In this document: positions 37,405 to 46,427 of the stretch, piece by piece
Numbering within the stretch: the stretch's first letter is position 1
Layout: each line of letters starts with the position of its first letter
NCBI GenBank assembly: GCA_944358705.1
Contig: CALVRR010000004.1
Location: 9,227 to 73,226 of the forward strand
Reading direction: 5' to 3'
DNA: 64,000 nucleotides
Origin: an uncultured Bacilli bacterium
GTDB taxonomy: Bacteria > Bacillota_I > Bacilli_A > RF39 > UBA660
Notes under the pieces: generated by a model
The model's input: the letters and a program-made list of their open reading frames with translations, nothing else
Told to the model about the DNA's origin: nothing
Databases searched by the model: none
Program-made: the position numbers and the translations under genes

Positions 37405-37869
37405 TTATTCTTCTACAGGTTTACCAAAATCACTATTAAGATCTTTCAATTCATTGGTAACAAGAGGATCACTGTCATAAGTATTCTCTAAAATAGCATC
37501 AAGTTGTGTAGACATTTCCAAATTAGAACCTTTAAAACTTAATACTGTAGACGAATCCACTTTAACACTAACTTTTGGTGGAACTTCGTTTAAATCATAA
37601 AAAGATACTTGATAATTTCTAGTATTATCCACAGCGTCCGCAAATCTACGAACAAAACTTTCAACAAATTTTTCTTTATCAATACGAAGTAATCCATTTT
37701 CACGATAATATTTAACATCAATCGCATCAATCATAGCAGCTTCTGAAGTTTCCTTCACCAGGTAGTAATCTAACTCACTACCTGATGAATAATTGGAAAT
37801 AATATTAATCATTAACAAAGTTGCTAAACTTAAAATAATGATACCAACAGTCAACATTGCTTTATTCAT
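37405..37869 (-). CDS. TadE/G-like pseudopilin (DUF5411-like)
   Basis: N-terminal helix, YYLVKETSEAAMIDA..FVESFVRRFA..PPKVSV. Confidence 0.55.
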   Translation of the reverse strand: MNKAMLTVGIIILSLATLLMINIISNYSSGSELDYYLVKETSEAAMIDAIDVKYYRENGLLRIDKEKFVESFVRRFADAVDNTRNYQVSFYDLNEVPPKVSVKVDSSTVLSFKGSNLEMSTQLDAILENTYDSDPLVTNELKDLNSDFGKPVEE

Positions 37870-37875
37870 AAATAA

Positions 37876-40788
37876 TTATTCCCCCTCTCCTTCATTATTA
37901 ACACCGATTTCACCACGTTCACGAACAACACCAGAACCTAGTTCAGTTAAAAGTTTACTATAATAAACCGTAACTCCATTAACAACCTTAGTATCACCAG
38001 TATATTCGGTATATTCCTTATCATTATTAAAATCTCTTATTTTAGCTAACGTTTCCTTATCCAAAACCAATTGATAATCGATATATTTATCATTACCATA
38101 AATAGAATCTCCTCGATCTTGGATAGTATTAATCAATGCCAAAGGATCAACATGATAAGAAGAATTCTTAGCATTTAGAGAAGTTAAAATCGAAGTATCA
38201 TCATCCGTCATACCTAAGGTCCAGTTATAACCAGGTTGACGCCCTACAGAACTTATTGATGCGTTATTATTATCAGTAGATTTTTCTGCTTTAGGGAACA
38301 ACTCAGTCGTATCTACAATTCTAAAGGTATAATCACGAAGATTTGTAGTTTCAGGCGTATCATCATCATCAGGTTTTGGACAATCAGCTTCACCTGGAAC
38401 ACAATCCTTACAGCAACCTTTTTCATCAAGATCACAAGTTTCATTTCTTAGTCCATAGAAACATTCAATATCAAAATTCCATCCAAAATAACCAAAATCT
38501 CTAGTAGTAGCATGAATGTTATATTCTATCGTATCTTCGATATCACCGGTATAACATTTATCATTAACTTCGCTCCATTCCCACCAAATAGTATTAACAC
38601 TTCGAGCATCTAATGGAATACAGAATTTATCTTCTTTATAATGCCATGCATTATTACCAGTTTTATCTTGATAAGATATCTCACCAGTTTTATTATTAAT
38701 CCATGTACCAGGGAAACTCCATTCTGCTTGATACCAGTTTCTAGCACTTCCATTTTCATAACATCCAGCGTATCCATTTGGATTCGTATCTGGTATAAAG
38801 ATTTCTGTACCAGATTGAGGTTTATTTTGACCAGAACCCAAACTTGGTAAAGTAGCATTGTCTACCTTAGAGCTTTCCAATGGGAAAGATTTTGTTACTT
38901 TCTTACCTTCACCATCCGTATAATCAACACTAATAGTAAATACCCCTGTCTTTGTCGTACATGATGCTGCAGCATTACATTGAGCAACTGCTTGATTATA
39001 AACATTTAAGTTTCTAACCGTATCATCAGCAGCATCTTCTTCGTTTAGATATGTATTCTTTCCACAACCAGACCAATAACAGTTATCCTGACAAACATTA
39101 CCATTACCATAAATACGTTTTTTAAATCCAGAAAAAACTCCGTATCTACCATGATCATTTTCTGTTCTAGTTTTTTCAAATTCTTCATACCAACGACCAT
39201 AACCAGAACCACTCCATGCTATAGAACCATTACTCCAATAATATCTTCCCTCAAACCCAGGGAAAGAATTAGAAACTTTTTTAACAATACTATCATCGCC
39301 ATAACGAATTGCTAATGGATCAATAGAAGAATCATCTTCACCATAAACTTCATTATAACATTTATTACTACAAGCTTCACTGTATTCTCCACCATCACAT
39401 TCTTGAATACATTGCTCGAAATCTTCATTAGGTCCACCTTGATGAGTATGACCAGAAACCTGATTACAATAAGGAGTTGGTGTACAAATACTAGGAGTAG
39501 TTGGAGGAGTAATCTTTGGAGAAGAAGTACATACCACTCTACTAGTTACTCGAACTTTATATTCAAAACATAAACCAGCTTTAGAAGCAACTGGAGGACC
39601 ATATTCAACAACAACCGACTCTTCACACTCTCTAGTACAAGAACCACCTTTAACAGTTTCAACACTACCAGAAGTATAATTATAAGTATAATTTATATCT
39701 GTATATTCAGTTTCTTTTGCATAATAGTAATCCTTATTAACATAATAAGCATCACCCTTAGTACCAGTAGCTTTCTTTTGCCAATCACAAGTCAAACCAA
39801 ATGTTTCATCAACTTCAGTACCATTAGGACCATCCACAAGCTTACTAGAAAAATCATGTTTTAATGCTAATGCATTTTTCTTCGCTTCATTAAATGCATC
39901 CATGAATTCTTTACTTGGTTGTGAAGAAGCAGCATCTCCTACCAATTCTTCAGCTCGCCAAATTTCTATTGCTGTACTAATCATAGAAGCAACCTGAGAT
40001 TTTGTATAATTAAAATTAACATTATCCGCTTGGAAACAGTAAGGAATTAATTCTTCATATTTTTGTTTTCCTTCACTGCTAACTGCAGCATAATTATACT
40101 TATCAAAAATCGATTTAGAAACAGCTACACTCTTATTACCCTCAGAATCAGTTACAGTAAAATCATCTGCATTATAACCTTGCCCCGTACGAAAAACAGC
40201 GCAAATACCATTATAATTTGTATTAGATTTTTTAGGTGTTTCTCCCTGTTTTCTAAATTGTAGCGTCATATCAAATTCATAAGTTCCAACCTTTTTACCT
40301 TCAGAATTTGTAGACGCTTCATCATAAGCCAAACACTTTTCATCCGTTTCTGTCATTATAAAATGTAAAACAACATCCCCAGAACCATTCTGATAACTTA
40401 ATTTCATCGGATTATTTGGTGTTACCACACCACTTTCCATCGGATTTGTAGTCAAAATAGACATAGGATCAATCGAATAAGAATTACCATTATCGTCATA
40501 ATTAACTCCACTCATACTAGTAACTCGAAAAGATCCATTTTGAACGGTAATCGTCGCAACTTTATTTTCTGGATCCCAAGATACCGAAGGAACATAATGT
40601 TCATTCATCTCCTCATCATTATTACATGAGGCACCATCTGTAGTCTTCGCTGAGGTCTCTGTTTTAGAAACATCGGCTGTACGAACAGAATCCAAAACAC
40701 TTCGAACACCAAAGAAAACAACAGCAACAATGACTAAAACAACAACCCCTAATATCTTTTTCTTATGCTTTTGCATTTTCTTCCCCAC
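37876..40788 (-). CDS. Large cysteine-rich extracellular protein
   Basis: 970 aa, N-terminal TM/signal, about 29 Cys counted. Confidence 0.7.
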   Translation of the reverse strand: MGKKMQKHKKKILGVVVLVIVAVVFFGVRSVLDSVRTADVSKTETSAKTTDGASCNNDEEMNEHYVPSVSWDPENKVATITVQNGSFRVTSMSGVNYDDNGNSYSIDPMSILTTNPMESGVVTPNNPMKLSYQNGSGDVVLHFIMTETDEKCLAYDEASTNSEGKKVGTYEFDMTLQFRKQGETPKKSNTNYNGICAVFRTGQGYNADDFTVTDSEGNKSVAVSKSIFDKYNYAAVSSEGKQKYEELIPYCFQADNVNFNYTKSQVASMISTAIEIWRAEELVGDAASSQPSKEFMDAFNEAKKNALALKHDFSSKLVDGPNGTEVDETFGLTCDWQKKATGTKGDAYYVNKDYYYAKETEYTDINYTYNYTSGSVETVKGGSCTRECEESVVVEYGPPVASKAGLCFEYKVRVTSRVVCTSSPKITPPTTPSICTPTPYCNQVSGHTHQGGPNEDFEQCIQECDGGEYSEACSNKCYNEVYGEDDSSIDPLAIRYGDDSIVKKVSNSFPGFEGRYYWSNGSIAWSGSGYGRWYEEFEKTRTENDHGRYGVFSGFKKRIYGNGNVCQDNCYWSGCGKNTYLNEEDAADDTVRNLNVYNQAVAQCNAAASCTTKTGVFTISVDYTDGEGKKVTKSFPLESSKVDNATLPSLGSGQNKPQSGTEIFIPDTNPNGYAGCYENGSARNWYQAEWSFPGTWINNKTGEISYQDKTGNNAWHYKEDKFCIPLDARSVNTIWWEWSEVNDKCYTGDIEDTIEYNIHATTRDFGYFGWNFDIECFYGLRNETCDLDEKGCCKDCVPGEADCPKPDDDDTPETTNLRDYTFRIVDTTELFPKAEKSTDNNNASISSVGRQPGYNWTLGMTDDDTSILTSLNAKNSSYHVDPLALINTIQDRGDSIYGNDKYIDYQLVLDKETLAKIRDFNNDKEYTEYTGDTKVVNGVTVYYSKLLTELGSGVVRERGEIGVNNEGEGE

Positions 40789-41578
40789 CTTCCATGATAT
40801 CTTCTATTTCTTGATACTTACCACTTTTCTCTACACCATAATTGGTTTTTATCTCACCATCTCGAACCAATCTAGCATCTACACGAAATTCAATATTTTG
40901 ATAATGACCAAACATACGTGTACAAGTAATCAAAGAAAGAATTTTATCATTTTCATCAACATCTATATTAAACTCAAAGATACTATCTTCAAGAGATTGC
41001 TGAATATAATCCTTCATCTCTTTCTTAGAAAAATCTTCACGAGTAAATTTAGGTATATCACTACGTTTTTCAAAACTTACAGAAAAGATTTTATAAACAT
41101 AATCTTTTCCATTAAACGTATATTGAACATACTTATTTTCTTTAACAAAATCTAAATAAACAAAACTCATTAACTGTTCAAATCTACGATGATTTTTATC
41201 TGTAACTGCTGGATTGGATGACAAATTTAAAATATTATGTCCACTAATACTTACTTGATTTAAAAGCTTATCACTATGAACCTCATTCCAAAGGAAATCA
41301 TCCGTTTTCCCACTAAAATCATACTCAGGAGCATAAATGACTGGATAATCAATATTAGTTCCCTGTACTCGAAGCCATCCAATAGTGGTATAATCTTCGG
41401 TATCATTTTTCGCATATTCTTTCATCTTATCCACTCTAGATTCCACTGGATAATAGTCATAAATCAGCAAAAAGAAAATTGCACCAAGTAAGCAGAAAAA
41501 AGATAGCACCCCTATCAATAGAAATACTTTCTTTTTCTTTGAAATCAAATTCTTTGTTCTCTTTCTCATACTTCTCAC
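40763..41578 (-). CDS. Class B sortase
   Basis: N-terminal TM, IGWLRVQGTNIDYPV, GHN, YKIFS, LSLITCTR, downstream Arg. Confidence 0.85.
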   Translation of the reverse strand: MRSMRKRTKNLISKKKKVFLLIGVLSFFCLLGAIFFLLIYDYYPVESRVDKMKEYAKNDTEDYTTIGWLRVQGTNIDYPVIYAPEYDFSGKTDDFLWNEVHSDKLLNQVSISGHNILNLSSNPAVTDKNHRRFEQLMSFVYLDFVKENKYVQYTFNGKDYVYKIFSVSFEKRSDIPKFTREDFSKKEMKDYIQQSLEDSIFEFNIDVDENDKILSLITCTRMFGHYQNIEFRVDARLVRDGEIKTNYGVEKSGKYQEIEDIMEGGEENAKA

Positions 41579-41581
41579 CTA

Positions 41582-43387
41582 CTATTTCGTAATAATATAT
41601 GGATTTTCACGAGTACCTTTACCACGCACAATAGTACAAGATTTATCCAAATATCCCACTGGACGAATACCATACTTTCCATAATCATAAAGATCTCCAT
41701 ACATCACAACACCAATATCAGAAATAACAGCTTTCGTATATTGTTTTCTAGAAGAATTAATCAACCAATATGATTTCATCATTTCAGAATTATAATCAAA
41801 TGCACTAAACATTTCATACATATTCGGAGCAGAAAGTCGAACTTTATATTTCTTCGTAGTTGATTCTTCTCCATATTTAATCGCTGTTTTATAAATAGGA
41901 ACTTCAATCTCTTTATTTACAAAATAATCGACATCAATATATTGTGACGCTTGATTATTAATAAAGTATCCAATATTTCCTTTTTGCTTCGGATTATATA
42001 TTTTAGCTTTATTATCCGTATCATAGAATGTTTGTACACGATCACCATTATTATAAATAGTAGTATCAGCGATTACTTTTGTAGTTCCATCATTATCAAC
42101 ATCAATAATTCTCCATAATGTACCAGAAAAAGAAACATATTCACCAGTATACCTAGAATTAACTTTATCACTAGCTTTACCAGATTTAAAATCGCCAATA
42201 GAATATGGATTTTCATAAGTACCATTTCCAGAGACTACCAAAGTATCTCCTTTAATCGTAATCACTGGGCGAATACCAAAGTTATAATTTTTATTAAATG
42301 CCATATATTGAGTACCATATCCATAGAAAACATCTCTAGTAGCATAAACATTTTTATCATCTTTTTCATTTCTTATCCAAGAAATACTTTTTGGAAATAA
42401 ATAGCTATCTCCATTCTTATCTTTCGTCTGATTAATATCACTAGCAGATAAAATAGAAACTGTTAACTCTTTCGTATAAGAAGAACACTCTTTAATGGTA
42501 GCGACATTTTTATCTGTTGCTTTCATATCACAATATTTACTATCAACAACATACTTTTTAGATTCCTTAGTAATATGACTATAATAATATTCTAACCACT
42601 CATCAATAGCAGAATAATTAACATTACTAACATCTTGTTCAGCAACAATTCGTACATTATCTCCCTCAAGATCTAAAATTCGAAATAACATACCGGAAAA
42701 ATAAATATAATTATTAGGAGTAAGACCTGTATAAACACCAGTATTATTTGTCGCTTGTTTTACAATATTTTCTAATCTAGATACAACTTTTACTTTACGA
42801 ACTTTTTCAGTTTTATTATTTAGACTATCTTTAGCCGTATAAACAACTTCATAAGTACCAGTCACATTAGTATTAACATCGCTAGAATCAATTTCAACAT
42901 CTTTAACATCCATTTTTCCATCAGAACTATCTACAACACTTTTTACACCTAACTCTTCGTATTTTTCACCCTTATCAATGGTAATCTCATCATCACCATT
43001 CAAAGTAATTACTGGACCTTTATGATCAACAACAGAAGAAATAACACCACATTTTAAATAAGTATAATATTTATATTCTCCATCTTCCTTTCTTACCTTT
43101 ACCCAACTTTCTGTAATAGAACAAGGCTTTTTAGAAAGTGGAACATAAAAATCTTCTTTTAAATACGCTTGATCAAATAACTCCTGTACTGACAAAGTTT
43201 TAACTCTAGTACCTGTAGGTAATTGACTAGAATTAATTTCATAATATCTTTTCGCAGCCTCTTCTACTTGATTTTCATACCCTCGAAATGTAAACAAAGG
43301 ATTTAATACTAAAAACCATAAGAACAACGCTACAACAATACATACGCCAGCAATTTTAAGATATTTAATTAATTTCTTATTATCCAT
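41582..43387 (-). CDS. Membrane-anchored protein: pilin-like head, DUF5011 Ig-like domain, two DUF6273-like domains
   Basis: AAKRYY..LP; PVITLNG..GTYEVVY.A.D..N; GIRP..GxGTxENPY twice. Confidence 0.65.
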   Translation of the reverse strand: MDNKKLIKYLKIAGVCIVVALFLWFLVLNPLFTFRGYENQVEEAAKRYYEINSSQLPTGTRVKTLSVQELFDQAYLKEDFYVPLSKKPCSITESWVKVRKEDGEYKYYTYLKCGVISSVVDHKGPVITLNGDDEITIDKGEKYEELGVKSVVDSSDGKMDVKDVEIDSSDVNTNVTGTYEVVYTAKDSLNNKTEKVRKVKVVSRLENIVKQATNNTGVYTGLTPNNYIYFSGMLFRILDLEGDNVRIVAEQDVSNVNYSAIDEWLEYYYSHITKESKKYVVDSKYCDMKATDKNVATIKECSSYTKELTVSILSASDINQTKDKNGDSYLFPKSISWIRNEKDDKNVYATRDVFYGYGTQYMAFNKNYNFGIRPVITIKGDTLVVSGNGTYENPYSIGDFKSGKASDKVNSRYTGEYVSFSGTLWRIIDVDNDGTTKVIADTTIYNNGDRVQTFYDTDNKAKIYNPKQKGNIGYFINNQASQYIDVDYFVNKEIEVPIYKTAIKYGEESTTKKYKVRLSAPNMYEMFSAFDYNSEMMKSYWLINSSRKQYTKAVISDIGVVMYGDLYDYGKYGIRPVGYLDKSCTIVRGKGTRENPYIITK

Positions 43388-43398
43388 AACTTATCTCC

Positions 43399-44955
43399 TT
43401 ATTTTAACCTATATGTATATTCTTTATTTCGAACTGTATATACCAACCGAATCTCACTGGCCTCACTTAAGCTCTGTGGAACTTCTAAATACATATAATT
43501 CCCATCATAATCACGACGAACCGCACTAACAATAGAAAGCTCCCGACTCTTACCTTTATTATCTATATAAACAATTTTACCATATTCCTTAGAAAAGTCA
43601 ACGAAATCTTTCCCCTGAAATGTATCGGAAGAAAAGAAGATTTGTAATAACAATTTCCCACTTCTCGCTTTCAAAATATTTTCACTAGAATAACAATTAT
43701 GATTCCTAGAACAAACTCTATAATTATATGTTGTTTGAGAAGTAAGAGTAACATCTTCAATAGAGAAAGTATTTTCTTCTTCTCCAATCTTAATAGTTTC
43801 TTCTTCCCCTATCTTCTTTGGATCTTGCTTATCAATTTTTGATAAATCTTCTACTTTTAATTTTATTTTTCTTAAATATGGCTGATTATTATCTAACTCT
43901 TGATAATAAAGTACAAATTTAGAAGGATCCAAATCCTTGGCTACCTTATAAATCATAATAAATCTCTCGGATTCCCCATTTTTTAAAGTAAGCTTATCAT
44001 AAGTCTTACCTAAATCCTGAAAATCAATACTATAAGTCCGATAAGTCTGAGAATAATTTTCTACACCATTCATAACATGAAACCGATTAAAATTAACATC
44101 TCTTTCATTAACATTATTAGTAAGAGTAAGATCTAAAATAACAAAATTACTATCTTTAGAAATAACATTTCCATGTGAATCTTTATCTGTAAAATAACTA
44201 TGATGAATCATAATCGAATATCCACTACTATTGATAACGTCTCCCTCATTATAAGATTTATGAACAATAAAGACATATCGATAAATAGAAACAATACTAA
44301 AAACAACCAAAACAACCGCAAGAGTATGAACAATAAATTTATGTTCTTGATAAACATAACCAAGATTTCTTTTTAATCTTTTAAAGGTTCGTTTAAAACT
44401 CTCTTTATCAATATTAACACTAATTTCAATTTCTTCTCTATCTTCACTACTTAATTCTAAATATTCTTGATCAGATTTAAAATCAAACTTATTCAAATCA
44501 ATTCCAAAAATACGAATCAACCAAATAATAATAACTACATACTGAGGCAATGTCGCCATAAACAACAAATCATTAACCGCTCGAATACCTGTAGTACCAC
44601 TTCCTGTTTCATAACTAGAAAAAAGAGCAATAGTAAATAAAAAAACAATCAATAAAAAAGTATAAGAAAGAACCGGAATTAGATATAATTTCCATGGTTT
44701 TTTCTTATGCCTTAAAACAATAACAAGTACTCCAGATAAAATAATAGTAATAATAAGAAAAAAGATAGCTAAATAACTAGCATAATCTGTAATAGGTTCG
44801 TTATAAGCATCATAACTTCCTAACTGTAAAAAATCAGACACAAAAGAACGAGTCTGCATATTTTTATAATAAATATAACCACACAAAAGTAACAAAAAAA
44901 CATGAATCTTTCGAAAGTTTTTAATTAAAAAAGCATACGGTTTCCTAATAATCAT
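43399..44955 (-). CDS. Polytopic membrane protein with large extracellular Ig-like (DUF4352-like) region; first gene of the locus
   Basis: About 5 TMs then FVILDLTLTN..F..L..GES..F..IY.V. Confidence 0.55.
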   Translation of the reverse strand: MIIRKPYAFLIKNFRKIHVFLLLLCGYIYYKNMQTRSFVSDFLQLGSYDAYNEPITDYASYLAIFFLIITIILSGVLVIVLRHKKKPWKLYLIPVLSYTFLLIVFLFTIALFSSYETGSGTTGIRAVNDLLFMATLPQYVVIIIWLIRIFGIDLNKFDFKSDQEYLELSSEDREEIEISVNIDKESFKRTFKRLKRNLGYVYQEHKFIVHTLAVVLVVFSIVSIYRYVFIVHKSYNEGDVINSSGYSIMIHHSYFTDKDSHGNVISKDSNFVILDLTLTNNVNERDVNFNRFHVMNGVENYSQTYRTYSIDFQDLGKTYDKLTLKNGESERFIMIYKVAKDLDPSKFVLYYQELDNNQPYLRKIKLKVEDLSKIDKQDPKKIGEEETIKIGEEENTFSIEDVTLTSQTTYNYRVCSRNHNCYSSENILKARSGKLLLQIFFSSDTFQGKDFVDFSKEYGKIVYIDNKGKSRELSIVSAVRRDYDGNYMYLEVPQSLSEASEIRLVYTVRNKEYTYRLK

Positions 44956-45022
44956 ATAAGCACCCTCTATTCTTATTCTCTATCAGTATACCGTACTTTT
45001 TTTTATTTTTAAAGTGTTTTTC

Positions 45023-45060
45023 AAAAAAAAAAATAAATGAAGAATTAACCTTCATTTATT
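45023..45060 (-). terminator. Intrinsic terminator of greA
   Basis: aataaatgaag/cttcatttatt stem plus long U tract. Confidence 0.75.
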
Positions 45061-45526
45061 GAATAGCAATAATTTCTACTTGATAAGCACCATTAGGGCT
45101 ATCTACAGTAACAACATCTCCAACTTTATGATTAAATAAAGCTTTAGCAATAGGACTTTCATTGGAAATCTTACTTTCAAATGGATCTGCTTCTTGACTT
45201 CCAACAATTTTGTATTCATCCTCTTCATCATCATCGACATATTTAATAGAAACCGTATTACCAATTCCAACAGAATCAGTAGAAACATCAGCAATAATAG
45301 AAACGTTTTCTAACATTTTTTCAAGTTGCTTAATTCTTGCCTCAATGACTGCTTGTTCATTACGAGCAGCATCATATTCAGCATTCTCAGATAAATCACC
45401 TAACGCACGAGCCTCTTTAATAGCTTGAACATTCTCAGGACGACGAACATTAATTAAATCATCCAATTCTTTCTTTAAATTATCCAAACCCTCTTGTGTT
45501 AAATAAACTGTATTTTTATTTTTCAT
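45056..45526 (-). CDS. greA: Transcription elongation factor GreA
   Basis: ARALGDLSENAEYDAAR, ISNESPIAKAL. Confidence 0.97.
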   Translation of the reverse strand: MKNKNTVYLTQEGLDNLKKELDDLINVRRPENVQAIKEARALGDLSENAEYDAARNEQAVIEARIKQLEKMLENVSIIADVSTDSVGIGNTVSIKYVDDDEEDEYKIVGSQEADPFESKISNESPIAKALFNHKVGDVVTVDSPNGAYQVEIIAIQ

Positions 45527-45612
45527 AATATCACCTCATTATGTTTATTTTTAAACTCAACTTGCGATAGTATATCACATTTAAAAAATATATGCAAGCA
45601 GTATCAAAAAAA

Positions 45613-46362
45613 TTATTTATTACCTCTTCCTTTTACAACATCTTGATAAGAATAACCACCTTGATAAACAAGACCTAAAGTTTTCTCCCTAGCACGACGT
45701 GTTAATAAACGATCCATCTCTTCATTTGTAACACCTTCACCAGTTTCTAACGATAGTAAAGAAAAAGGATCTTTTTCCTGATACATAGCATCAAATAACA
45801 TACCAGCACGATTAATCTTTTCTTCCTCATTTTTTCCATCTAAAGAAAGATAAGCGTTAGGTGACGTTTTTAAATACCTTTGAGCTTCTTCAGAGTTTGA
45901 CAATCGAAAATTAACATTATCAATTTCTTGAATGATTTCATCATATTTTTTCTTCATTTGATATCCCTTAACGGTTAAAATAACACCACCAATAGCAATT
46001 GCACCAGCCGCACATAACGTCATAATAGAATCAGCAGAATTACTATAAGAAGCAATAGTATTAACAGCAAGCACAGGACCAGCAACAAAACAACTAATTC
46101 CTGCTCCTAACCTAGAAATTACTCCTTGTTTCTTCTTTTTAACTAATTGAGCACGATCCATAATTACCTCTTTTGCTTGAACACAAAGTCGTTCATTTAA
46201 TTTTTCAGCATTTTCACTGATATATTTAACATTGGAATCCTGATCTCCGTTCGCATAAGAAACAACATATCTTTTATTCTTATCCTTATTTTCTACAACA
46301 AAAACATCAGTAATATAAGTGCTTTTTTTACTTTCATTACTTGAATCACCGTAATATTTCAT
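45613..46362 (-). CDS. Hypothetical protein with central Gly/Ala-rich two-helix hydrophobic hairpin
   Basis: 249 aa, no signal peptide, GAGISCFVAGPVLAV and CAAGAIAIGGVIL. Confidence 0.6.
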   Translation of the reverse strand: MKYYGDSSNESKKSTYITDVFVVENKDKNKRYVVSYANGDQDSNVKYISENAEKLNERLCVQAKEVIMDRAQLVKKKKQGVISRLGAGISCFVAGPVLAVNTIASYSNSADSIMTLCAAGAIAIGGVILTVKGYQMKKKYDEIIQEIDNVNFRLSNSEEAQRYLKTSPNAYLSLDGKNEEEKINRAGMLFDAMYQEKDPFSLLSLETGEGVTNEEMDRLLTRRAREKTLGLVYQGGYSYQDVVKGRGNK

Positions 46363-46427
46363 AAAATCCCTCGTTTCAATAAAGTAGCAACATTATACCA
46401 TAAATTATAAAAAAAAGCAAGTAACAT

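Noticed and set aside
18142-44955. Calling the locus an integrative conjugative element
   Set aside because: No integrase, relaxase, excisionase, flanking direct repeats or tRNA target seen; composition resembles the flanks. A relaxase acting in trans cannot be excluded from this window.
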